A stretch of DNA of 35,059 bases from the IMG/VR virus record IMGVR_UViG_3300020138_000005, positions 1 through 35,059 of that record; one strand, 5' to 3'. Below the pieces are notes generated by a model, which made no database searches, was not told the DNA's origin, and saw only the letters and a list, made by a program, of their open reading frames with translations. The translations under genes were made by a program, and so were the position numbers. Shown one piece after another: positions 6,551 through 14,610 of this stretch (the stretch's first letter is position 1; each line of letters opens with the position of its first letter). Source of the DNA: a virus.

Positions 6551-8597
6551 ACGAGCGATTAGTACAGCTACAAAACTGGCAGTTACGCCAAAGAATCAGG
6601 TTTTGGACTTGAATAGCATTGTAGGCTGGCATTCTGTTGGCAACACTCTTACGCATTACGCAAACGATAACTATGAGAATGGTTATTCTAGCATCCGTGC
6701 TATTGCTAACAGGTTTATGATTCTATCGCCTTATGCAATAGATGAAAAGGGTATGCCACTAGCAAAACAGCCTAATGTTATACAGTGTCTATCACGTCCT
6801 AATGAGGATATGTCTGGTGTAGACTTCCGAGACGCTCTAGCAGTTATGACAATGGTTCATGACAGCGTTTATATCCTAGTACACGAGCGATATGGAGCTG
6901 GTATACGCCCTGCCAGTGAGAATGTAAGGGAAGATAGGATTGCAGGCTTTACATTCCTAGAAAACGTCCTAGAGGTAACAGTAGATGGCGAAACACAATA
7001 CGAGGTTTATTCTAAGGGCAAGAAAGATGTTTATTACCCGTATCAGGTTATCGTACTCAGAGACGTAAACCCGAACAATCTGTCTAAGGGATATTCACCT
7101 GCACGAGCAGCCAAACGCTGGACAAACATAGATGACTACATTGCTGATTATCAGTCTGGCTTCTTTAAGAATGGTGCTGTACCTGCTGGACAGTTCATTA
7201 TCACCGCTCCGACAGACCAAGAGTTTAACGACATCGTAGACGGACTGGAAAAGAAGCACAAAGGTGCTGGCAAGAATAACAACGTAGTCTACACCTACCA
7301 ACCTATTGACCCAAACACAGGTAAAGCAGCTCAGGCTACTATTACATGGGTACCATTCAACACGAATAACAAAGACATGGCACTCAAAGACCTGTTTGAG
7401 CAAGCTAATAAAAAGATTGATTCTGTTTACGGCGTATCAGCATTTATCCGCGCAATTGATGAGGCTCCTAACTTTGCCACTGCACAGGTTATTGAGCGCA
7501 ACTTTGTAGAGAATACTGTCCGACCTTTTGCTATTAAGAAGTATGGACGTTTACAGCATGAATTAAACCGTATTACTGGTGGGCTTGGCTATGGAATCGC
7601 ATTTGACCTTGAAACACCGAACATTGCTGAAGAAGAAAAAGCCGAAGCCGAGACTAACAGCATACGGGTAGCAACTATCAACGCCCTTGTAATGCAAGGC
7701 TATTCACTAGACTCTGCTATTGAAGCACTGCAATTACCTAAATCTTTCAGGCTATTGAAACAGGGAGCAGCACCGCAGACAGTTACCGAGACAACCGAAC
7801 CAGGAGAACTCCCGACAAATAAAGGGGCAGCGAAACGCACAAACCCAAAAGCTGAACTCACAGACGAAGAATCGCTGGAGTTAGCGGCTAGAAACTACCT
7901 CAAAGCCCAAGTAGACCGAGCAGTCAAAGAATACAAAGCTACTGCTACCGATGAAGCCGAACCAACTGATGATGAATTAGAAACGTTTATTAACCAGATG
8001 ATGTTGGTAGTGTCTGGTATACTCCTGACGTATGGAGCAATAGGATATGATGACGGACTGGCTATTCTTGCGGCTTCTGGGGTGGATACAAGTCTATTGA
8101 GTGGGTTTACGCTTACCGACGAGGCTACAAACTCATACAGGTTGTACTTGGAAAAAGTCGGTCGGTCGTTCGGTGATGGTACAAGTGACGCCATCAAGAA
8201 AGTTTTGTCTGATTCACAAGAATTAGGATATACACGAGCCGAGACTGAAAAAGCACTAAAATCTATAACCGATATAGAAGAATACAGGGTCAAGAGAATC
8301 GGTCGCACAGAGTTACAACGCTCGCAACAAATGGGCAATATAGAGGGCATGAAGTCGATTACAGAGCAGACAGGTATTCAAGTGCAAAAAGTATGGCACG
8401 TGAACCGCTCTGACGCTTGTGATTATTGCAAGTCTATGAATGGTACAAAGGTAAGCTTAGAACAGCCATTTATCCCAGTAGGCGGTGCTATTGTCGCAGA
8501 AGATGGCTCAATACTAGTAAACGATTTTGTAGATATAGATATTGCTCTTGGTCACCCAAATTGTACCTGCTCAACCCTGTTTGAGCTAGTTGAATAA
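6537..8597 (+). CDS. Portal protein fused to a MuF/SPP1 gp7-like minor head domain
   Basis: 686 aa. The N-terminal roughly 400 aa is portal-like. The C-terminus has RIGRTELQRSQ ... CDYC ... GHPNCTCS, the MuF HPNCRC-type signature. Confidence 0.75.
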   Translation: MTVIKRAISTATKLAVTPKNQVLDLNSIVGWHSVGNTLTHYANDNYENGYSSIRAIANRFMILSPYAIDEKGMPLAKQPNVIQCLSRPNEDMSGVDFRDALAVMTMVHDSVYILVHERYGAGIRPASENVREDRIAGFTFLENVLEVTVDGETQYEVYSKGKKDVYYPYQVIVLRDVNPNNLSKGYSPARAAKRWTNIDDYIADYQSGFFKNGAVPAGQFIITAPTDQEFNDIVDGLEKKHKGAGKNNNVVYTYQPIDPNTGKAAQATITWVPFNTNNKDMALKDLFEQANKKIDSVYGVSAFIRAIDEAPNFATAQVIERNFVENTVRPFAIKKYGRLQHELNRITGGLGYGIAFDLETPNIAEEEKAEAETNSIRVATINALVMQGYSLDSAIEALQLPKSFRLLKQGAAPQTVTETTEPGELPTNKGAAKRTNPKAELTDEESLELAARNYLKAQVDRAVKEYKATATDEAEPTDDELETFINQMMLVVSGILLTYGAIGYDDGLAILAASGVDTSLLSGFTLTDEATNSYRLYLEKVGRSFGDGTSDAIKKVLSDSQELGYTRAETEKALKSITDIEEYRVKRIGRTELQRSQQMGNIEGMKSITEQTGIQVQKVWHVNRSDACDYCKSMNGTKVSLEQPFIPVGGAIVAEDGSILVNDFVDIDIALGHPNCTCSTLFELVE

Positions 8598-8606
8598 TGG
8601 TATAAT
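8598..8606 (+). promoter_or_regulatory. Extended -10 promoter, tggtataat, for the HNH-AP2 gene
   Basis: Perfect TGNTATAAT immediately after the portal stop codon. Confidence 0.55.
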
Positions 8607-8614
8607 AAATGTAA

Positions 8615-8664
8615 GAGGATAAAAAATATCCTCCTATCAGCGTCTAAACCAACAAGGAGGATAT
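8615..8664 (+). promoter_or_regulatory. Alternative hairpins; a 10-bp helix sequesters the SD of the HNH-AP2 gene
   Basis: atatcctcct (8626..8635) is the perfect complement of aggaggatat (8655..8664), which contains the SD. The same segment can instead pair with gaggat at 8615..8620. Confidence 0.6.
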
Positions 8665-8668
8665 ATCT

Positions 8669-9304
8669 ATGAGTGTAACACAAAAATGCAAGATTGAGGG
8701 GTGTAACCACTTACTCGCTTTAGATTCAAGAACTGGCAAGCGATGTTTAACAAAAGGATATTGTAAGTATCATTACAATAGGCTGTGGTTATATAATGAC
8801 CCCACTCACGATACTAATGCTCATAGACGTCATATAGACTGTGGTGATTATGTCAAGATTCCAACTCAAAAAGATGGTGTTCATTTATTAGTTGATAGCC
8901 ATCTAAAGCAATTAGATGAATATCTTTGGTGTATTGATAGCTTAGGGTATGCAAACTCCAAAAAAGGAAGGGCTCACACACTAATTATGGGCAAACAGCC
9001 TAAAGGGTTTGTTATTGACCATATAAACGGCAACAAACTGGATAACAGACGTAGTAACTTACGAATCTGTACACATCGACAAAATATGCAGAACCAACAA
9101 GTGCAATCAAGAAGTTCAACAGGGTATAAGGGAGTATGGCTGGATAAAAGAGCCAGAACCAAACCTTATCAGGCTATGATAAAGCATATTGGTGAGAGAT
9201 TTTATCTAGGAACGTACAAAACTCCAGAAGATGCCGCCAAAGCCTACGACAAAGCAGCCAAAGAGTTATGGGGAGAATACGCCTATCTGAACTTCCCTGA
9301 TTAG
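8669..9304 (+). CDS. HNH_3 plus AP2-domain homing endonuclease
   Basis: HTLIMG...[25 protein letters not shown] is an HNH core. YKGVW...[43 protein letters not shown] is an AP2 DNA-binding domain. The N-terminus has a Cys-rich CxxGC...CxxHY module. Confidence 0.85.
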   Translation: MSVTQKCKIEGCNHLLALDSRTGKRCLTKGYCKYHYNRLWLYNDPTHDTNAHRRHIDCGDYVKIPTQKDGVHLLVDSHLKQLDEYLWCIDSLGYANSKKGRAHTLIMGKQPKGFVIDHINGNKLDNRRSNLRICTHRQNMQNQQVQSRSSTGYKGVWLDKRARTKPYQAMIKHIGERFYLGTYKTPEDAAKAYDKAAKELWGEYAYLNFPD

Positions 9305-9309
9305 TGCTT

Positions 9310-9318
9310 TGCTATAAT
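9310..9318 (+). promoter_or_regulatory. Extended -10 promoter, tgctataat, 6 nt before ATG 9325 (predicted leaderless)
   Basis: TG-N-TATAAT, then taaagc, then ATG. Confidence 0.55.
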
Positions 9319-9324
9319 TAAAGC

Positions 9325-9504
9325 ATGAAAGAATACGAACTAGCTTGCAGATACTGCAAACGCTTCCTACAAAAAGTAGAGAATAGCGGTACTTTTCATA
9401 TTAAATGTTCAAACTCTGCCTGCCGTAAGCTCCGCAATGGGCTGGATAAGTACAAGATTGTATTCATGAGCGACATGGCTAAGCACACGCACAAAGAGTC
9501 GTAA
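9325..9504 (+). CDS. 59-aa Cys-rich (zinc-ribbon-like) protein; falls below the ORF-track cutoff
   Basis: Hand translation gives MKEYELACRYCKRFLQKVENSGTFHIKCSNSACRKLRNGLDKYKIVFMSDMAKHTHKES. It has CxxC and CxxxC pairs, and a promoter sits at leaderless distance. Confidence 0.5.
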   Translation: MKEYELACRYCKRFLQKVENSGTFHIKCSNSACRKLRNGLDKYKIVFMSDMAKHTHKES

Positions 9505-9513
9505 AAGCTGTTT

Positions 9514-9522
9514 TGTTATAAT
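9514..9522 (+). promoter_or_regulatory. Extended -10 promoter, tgttataat, upstream of the capsid gene
   Basis: TGNTATAAT in an intergenic region about 80 nt upstream of ATG 9601. Confidence 0.55.
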
Positions 9523-9600
9523 AGATATAGAACCTTAGATGCAAAGCTCAGAAAGAGCGCACGAGAGTGTTCTACCTTTTAATAACATAAGGAATAGCAC

Positions 9601-11550
9601 ATGAAGAAGTTCTGGCGTATACAGGATTCTGTCGAATCAGACGGTCAAGAACTCATCCTTGAAGGGGTTGTATCTGCTGAAGAGTGGTGGGGTGATGAAA
9701 TTACTCCGAAAGCTTTCAGGGACGAACTCGCAAAGATTAACGGAAAGCTGACTGTTGTCATTAACAGCGTTGGCGGTGAAGTCTTTGCAGGAGTACAGAT
9801 ATACAACATTCTAAAGGCTCGTGGCAATTCTACTGTACGAGTAGAGGGCATTGCTGGCTCTATCGCTTCCGTCATTGCGATGGCAGGTGAAGAAATAGTA
9901 ATGACACCAGGCTCCGTCATGATGGTACACAAACCGTCTATGGGGGCATGGGGCAATTCTTCTGACATGGAAGATGCGCAGAAAATACTCGAACTGCTCG
10001 AAGATGAACTTATTGAAATCTATGTATCACGAACTGGACTCACCAAAGAGAAAGTCTCTGAACTGTTAGTTGGTGATAACGGAAATGGTACGTGGATGGG
10101 CGGTAAGGAAGCCGTAGGGCTAGGTTTTGCCGATAGAGTGCTAGAGGATGAGGAATTGAAGCTGACTGTGAAAGACGCAATGAAAGCCATGATGAGCAAT
10201 AAATTACAGTTCACCATGCAAGTAAGCAAAGAATCCTTAGAAGCATTTGCGAAAGAAAATCCAAGTGCTGAAACCGATGGAGGTGCAAAGGATGATACCG
10301 ATGTTACCACATCAACTGATGAAACTCCTGACGAGACATCAAACAATACTAATGAGGCAGAGGAATCCGAAGCCGATAAAGAAAAGGAATTAGAAATGGA
10401 CGAAAAAGAGAAGAAAGCTGCTGCCGAAGCTGATGCTCAGGCTCAGGCTGAAGCAGACGCTAAAATGCAGAAGCAAATTGAAACTGCTGTAGAGGGAATT
10501 GTTGCTAAGGCACTACCAAAGCAGCCTAAAGCAGAGAAGAAAGTAAGCGACTTCGCTGTACGTTCTAACTTTGTAAACCAAATTAGCGCACTGATGAACA
10601 AGAACTCAGTTGCACTTAGCCAGTACGTTAAAGAGGGTGCAGAACTCCGTGGCATTGAAAATGCTGTCGCTGATGGTAGTAACCTCTGGGTTGATGAAGT
10701 TGTTCGCAACGACATCCTCAAGGCTTACAACCAAGTTGGTCGTGTAGGTACCCTTGTTGACCGTGAAAGCATTACTGCCGACACTCTGAAAATCTTGGTA
10801 GAAACCGCAGGCGTAGGCTTCCAGCCTGTTGCACTCGGTGCTGCTAAGGGTACTGACGCTCCTACATGGACACCAGTTACATTTGAGCCATATGAATGGG
10901 CTGTTATTGTGCCTTGGAAAGATGGTGACCAGAAGCGCACGACTATCAACATCTATAACCAGATTGTTCAGTACATCGCTACCGAATACGCAAAGCTTGA
11001 GGACAAGATTATCTTGACCTACACTGGCGGTAATGTTGGTTCTGAAACCCGCCCTGCTACTGGTCTTGTTCCTATCTTGACTACTGCTGGTCGTGATATT
11101 CAGGCTACCGATTATAGTTCGGCTGAAGTTATCGGCGCACTTGCTGAGGCTTATGGACAGACTGAATCTGATGGTACTATCACCTTAGTAGCTAACCGTG
11201 TCACATGGGCACAGCTTGCAACTAGCCTTGACGGTATGGACAGGCCACTATTCACCGTTGTTGGTGACCAAGTAAGCGCAGGTGCACTCGGTTCGTTCCG
11301 TGTCGTCATCTCTAGCGTGATGGCAGATGGTGATGTAGTTATCGGTAACTTTGCAGATTACCTGCTGGTTACTCGTGGCGGTCTTGGCACACTGTTCAGC
11401 CGTGAAGCTACAATTAACCTTGGCGGTGAGCAGACTCTTAACCTGTTCCAGCAAGACGCTAGCGCACTCCGTGCTGACGTAGACATTACTGGTGGTGCTA
11501 AGAGAGTCAACTCATTCAGCCTGATTCAGTTCCTAGGTACAAGCTCTTAA
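9601..11550 (+). CDS. Fusion of ClpP-like (S14) prohead protease, an acidic scaffold-like linker, and an HK97-fold major capsid protein
   Basis: The N-terminus has VVINSVGGEVFAG...GIAGSIASVIAMAG...MMVHKP, which is ClpP-like. Residues about 220-300 are an acidic, E/K/A-rich coil. The C-terminal roughly 330 aa is major-capsid-like. Confidence 0.8.
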   Translation: MKKFWRIQDSVESDGQELILEGVVSAEEWWGDEITPKAFRDELAKINGKLTVVINSVGGEVFAGVQIYNILKARGNSTVRVEGIAGSIASVIAMAGEEIVMTPGSVMMVHKPSMGAWGNSSDMEDAQKILELLEDELIEIYVSRTGLTKEKVSELLVGDNGNGTWMGGKEAVGLGFADRVLEDEELKLTVKDAMKAMMSNKLQFTMQVSKESLEAFAKENPSAETDGGAKDDTDVTTSTDETPDETSNNTNEAEESEADKEKELEMDEKEKKAAAEADAQAQAEADAKMQKQIETAVEGIVAKALPKQPKAEKKVSDFAVRSNFVNQISALMNKNSVALSQYVKEGAELRGIENAVADGSNLWVDEVVRNDILKAYNQVGRVGTLVDRESITADTLKILVETAGVGFQPVALGAAKGTDAPTWTPVTFEPYEWAVIVPWKDGDQKRTTINIYNQIVQYIATEYAKLEDKIILTYTGGNVGSETRPATGLVPILTTAGRDIQATDYSSAEVIGALAEAYGQTESDGTITLVANRVTWAQLATSLDGMDRPLFTVVGDQVSAGALGSFRVVISSVMADGDVVIGNFADYLLVTRGGLGTLFSREATINLGGEQTLNLFQQDASALRADVDITGGAKRVNSFSLIQFLGTSS

Positions 11551-11569
11551 TAGACAAGGAGATAAGTAA

Positions 11570-12052
11570 GTGGATACCGCAACAGCAATAGTGGAACAAT
11601 TAACCTGCCTATATTTAAAGGCGGAGACCTCAACAAGGTCATACGACGTTCGTGATGGCTACAGTACGGTATTCACTGACATCTTTGAATCTGTTACGAG
11701 TGTAAAGCTAGATGATGTAGTGCTTGGCACCTCCGACTACACTGTAAAGCAGTGGGATAGGCGGAATGCTGACTGGTACAACTCTATTGTCCTAGATTGT
11801 AAAGAGGGTGAACTTCTTACAGTTACAGGCAAGTGGGTCATACCATCAGAACTTCAGGCACTCATCACTAGCTTGGACGGAATCTTAACAAACAGTAAAA
11901 GCGGTAGAGTGAAGTCTAAGAGGGTTGAGGATTTCCAAATTACTCTCAATGACAACACAGATGTACAGCAGTTTGCGCTGGATAATGCGGCACTTATATC
12001 AAAGTACAGTATTTGCAACGCTACGAATGTACGGAATGGAAAGGTTTGTTAG
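11570..12052 (+). CDS. Head-tail connector/adaptor candidate
   Basis: 160-aa ORF with a GTG start after SD aaggag. The call rests on synteny, directly downstream of the capsid gene. Confidence 0.45.
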   Translation: MDTATAIVEQLTCLYLKAETSTRSYDVRDGYSTVFTDIFESVTSVKLDDVVLGTSDYTVKQWDRRNADWYNSIVLDCKEGELLTVTGKWVIPSELQALITSLDGILTNSKSGRVKSKRVEDFQITLNDNTDVQQFALDNAALISKYSICNATNVRNGKVC

Positions 12053-12432
12053 TGGAGGACATTCTTATCGGTAACGGCATACGGGTCAACGGACGAGATT
12101 ACGAGATTGTCGGTTGTACAGGCGGTGACCATTACTCTGATGGCGGTCCAACAGTCTTTGACGTTTTCGATACTACCGAATACCAGTACCTTGAAATATC
12201 CAGAGGGACAATTGTAGGCAACGAGATTACCGCTACATACTCTGCTTGTGGCGTGTATAAGCTCCGTACAGGGCTTGTACGAGGTCAAAATAGCGAGAAT
12301 GTAGAACAGGGTGCAACACTGCATATAAAGCCAACAGAAAGCTTTCTAAGCAACGTACCGAGTAACCGTGAACATTACACATTGACCCTCATACAGAGTG
12401 ATTTTAGCGACTATACGGATACAAGCTCATGA
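12052..12432 (+). CDS. Head-closure/head-tail joining candidate
   Basis: The ORF track gives 12013. GTG 12052 overlaps the upstream TAG (tagtg), which suggests translational coupling. The function is assigned by synteny only. Confidence 0.4.
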   Translation: MEDILIGNGIRVNGRDYEIVGCTGGDHYSDGGPTVFDVFDTTEYQYLEISRGTIVGNEITATYSACGVYKLRTGLVRGQNSENVEQGATLHIKPTESFLSNVPSNREHYTLTLIQSDFSDYTDTSS

Positions 12433-12752
12433 GTGTGAAAGTAACCATGAAACCAGGCTGGCAGAATGACCTTATTAAAGGCACTCAAAAAGCCTTGCTA
12501 GAAATGGCTACTGACATACACCGTCGGGCTGTAATAAATGCTCCTATTGAAACAGGTGCACTCCGTAATAGCGGTAAAGTTGAGCCTGTAACCGATGGAT
12601 ATGCAATACGGTTCGGTTCGAGTAGAGTACCATACGCTAGGCGTCGGCACTTCGAGAATAAGAAGAACCCACAGACTAAAGGCTATCTGGCAAAAGGTGC
12701 AGATAGTGTAGCTAGAGGCAATATATCTAAGTATTTTAGGAATAAAGTATGA
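12429..12752 (+). CDS. HK97 gp10-like head-tail joining protein
   Basis: 107 aa. PIETGALRNSG and later motifs are typical of the gp10 family. The start overlaps the upstream stop (ATGA). Confidence 0.6.
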   Translation: MSVKVTMKPGWQNDLIKGTQKALLEMATDIHRRAVINAPIETGALRNSGKVEPVTDGYAIRFGSSRVPYARRRHFENKKNPQTKGYLAKGADSVARGNISKYFRNKV

Positions 12753-13165
12753 TAGCTCACTCACTCATGGCACAAATGCAGATAGACGGCTTCGGTACGG
12801 TCAATGAAGATATACAGCTTGGCACTTTACCATTAAAGCCTGACCGCAACCCACGGAACGGCATAGCAATCGCCTTAAGGGGTGAAACTGTTACGAGGGT
12901 ACAGATAGAGATACAAGCAATAGACTTCTATGTACGCAACACCAATCCATTAACCGCAACACAAACAGCTCAAGAAATACTGGAATATCTGCAAGAATCC
13001 TACGCAGATGTTTGCACATTACCAGCCTTATCCCCCTATACGACAGAAACGTATAGCAACGTTACCATAACGCCCACAAGCTCAGTTGAGTTTGCTGGAG
13101 TTGATGATAACAATGGTCACGTTTACGTTGTATCTGGTGAGATAAGATATACAAAAGATAAGTAA
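12749..13165 (+). CDS. Tail completion/terminator candidate
   Basis: 138-aa ORF with an ATGA overlap with the upstream gene. It lies just before the major tail protein. Confidence 0.4.
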   Translation: MIAHSLMAQMQIDGFGTVNEDIQLGTLPLKPDRNPRNGIAIALRGETVTRVQIEIQAIDFYVRNTNPLTATQTAQEILEYLQESYADVCTLPALSPYTTETYSNVTITPTSSVEFAGVDDNNGHVYVVSGEIRYTKDK

Positions 13166-13181
13166 CTTAAAGGAGAATGAC

Positions 13182-13772
13182 ATGGCAACATTAACTGACC
13201 TAAGTTCGATTCAAGGAAAGATGGATATAACTATCTTCTACCCAGATTTGAATGAGGGTGTAAGAATACCAGCTGAAATGCTAGTTGAAGACATTGAAGT
13301 GGCAAACGGTGAAGAGCAGGTTAGCACTGTTACGACATTTGCAGGTGAGGAAAGCGAGCCAAACGGCACGTATGCTTCACCACAGATAAACTTCAGCATA
13401 AAATTAAACATGAAAGCACTAAGAGCTGTTCAGCCGAATATCTCCATAAATTCAAACGATCGCCCAACAGTTGCAGGACAAACTATCTTTGGTGGTAGTA
13501 ACTGCACAATCACTGATGATGCAATCCTGATTGTTCATCAAACTTGTGGCGTAAACAGCGACAATGACCTACAGTTCCCAAGAGTTAAACTCTCTAAGAA
13601 CTTCGGTCTGACACTTAGCCCTGGTGAAGTATTTACGCTGCCATTCAGTGCGTATATATTGCCATCACCAGACCACGATGGCGCACTAGCTGTCTACGGC
13701 ACTGGCGACCTAGATGAGCCAACACTATTTGACGATGAGACTGGTACTTATGTACCTGTCAGCAGCTCATAA
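13182..13772 (+). CDS. Major tail protein candidate
   Basis: 196 aa with SD aaaggag. It sits between the connector genes and the chaperone and tape measure genes. Confidence 0.55.
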   Translation: MATLTDLSSIQGKMDITIFYPDLNEGVRIPAEMLVEDIEVANGEEQVSTVTTFAGEESEPNGTYASPQINFSIKLNMKALRAVQPNISINSNDRPTVAGQTIFGGSNCTITDDAILIVHQTCGVNSDNDLQFPRVKLSKNFGLTLSPGEVFTLPFSAYILPSPDHDGALAVYGTGDLDEPTLFDDETGTYVPVSSS

Positions 13773-13774
13773 TC

Positions 13775-13783
13775 TGGTATAAT
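13775..13783 (+). promoter_or_regulatory. Extended -10 promoter, tggtataat
   Basis: TGNTATAAT in the 27-nt gap before the chaperone gene, followed by SD aggggaag. Confidence 0.45.
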
Positions 13784-13799
13784 AGGGAAAAGGGGAAGC

Positions 13800-14240
13800 A
13801 TGGCTGAAGCACTTGAGATTAGAACAGGTAAGTTTACGAAATCAGGTAAAGTCGATATAGACGGAAAAATCTGGGACGTAAGATTGCCTGGTACTGGTAC
13901 TGAGCTACGCTTCAGCCAAGCCCAAAGAGCTCTAAAACTCTATGAGCAAAGAATCAAGATACTAGATAAAAAAATAGATGATGGAACCATCACAGAAGAA
14001 GAACTGGATAAATACGAAGAATATTCGGCTAAATACGATGAGAACACCAAAATCATCATGGACACTTTTACACAGACATTCAATGATGGTACTCCCGATA
14101 ATAAGCACGTTAAGAAGTGGGTCAATGACACACCAACTGCTATCATTATGTTAGCGTTTGAGGATATACAAACTGCAGGGGAGGCTAAGAATGACGAAGT
14201 CACAGATGCCACAGACAAAGAGACCCCAGCCCAAAACTAA
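13800..14240 (+). CDS. Tail assembly chaperone (G-like)
   Basis: 146 aa and acidic. It lies immediately upstream of the tape measure gene. Confidence 0.55.
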   Translation: MAEALEIRTGKFTKSGKVDIDGKIWDVRLPGTGTELRFSQAQRALKLYEQRIKILDKKIDDGTITEEELDKYEEYSAKYDENTKIIMDTFTQTFNDGTPDNKHVKKWVNDTPTAIIMLAFEDIQTAGEAKNDEVTDATDKETPAQN

Positions 14241-14610
14241 GGTTGTAAATCTAAAAGACAAACTCAGCTCTGACGACTTAGCAAAAATACAAGAATACCA
14301 ATTTGACACTACCTCTACAATTCCTGTAGATAGGGAATGGATGATTTTAGCGGAGTGGTTGAAAATAGCTGGCTACCAAGCTTACCTAGATGCTAGAAAC
14401 GATGCTAGAGATGAAAATGGCAATCTCATCATCACGACACAGGAGATACTTACCTTGATAGAAGCAACACGAAAATTAGAAGCCCTAGACCACTATAGAA
14501 ACGCAGAGGCAGCGTTTATAGGTGCAGGTTCTGCTCAAACTAAAAAACCGTCCGCCGCTTTCAAAAGCTTAACTAAGAACATTCTTAATAAAATTAAGGT
14601 ACAAGAATAA
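14191..14610 (+). CDS. Second tail-assembly protein (T-like position), apparently independently initiated
   Basis: It is in the +1 frame relative to 13800..14240 and has its own SD ggggagg 6 nt before ATG 14191. The track ORF begins at TTG 14158. Confidence 0.45.
   Translation: MTKSQMPQTKRPQPKTKVVNLKDKLSSDDLAKIQEYQFDTTSTIPVDREWMILAEWLKIAGYQAYLDARNDARDENGNLIITTQEILTLIEATRKLEALDHYRNAEAAFIGAGSAQTKKPSAAFKSLTKNILNKIKVQE

Noticed and set aside
9539-9604. 21-codon upstream ORF whose TGA overlaps the capsid ATG (ATGA), possibly coupling translation
   Set aside because: It has no SD and only a 10-nt predicted leader, and the capsid gene has its own aagga SD. The evidence is too weak to call.
14229-14235. 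cccaaaa as a canonical -1 slippery heptamer for the tail chaperone
   Set aside because: In the upstream reading frame the codons are gcc-caa-aac, so the heptamer is out of register for X_XXY_YYZ slippage. The -1 frame also terminates within a few codons.
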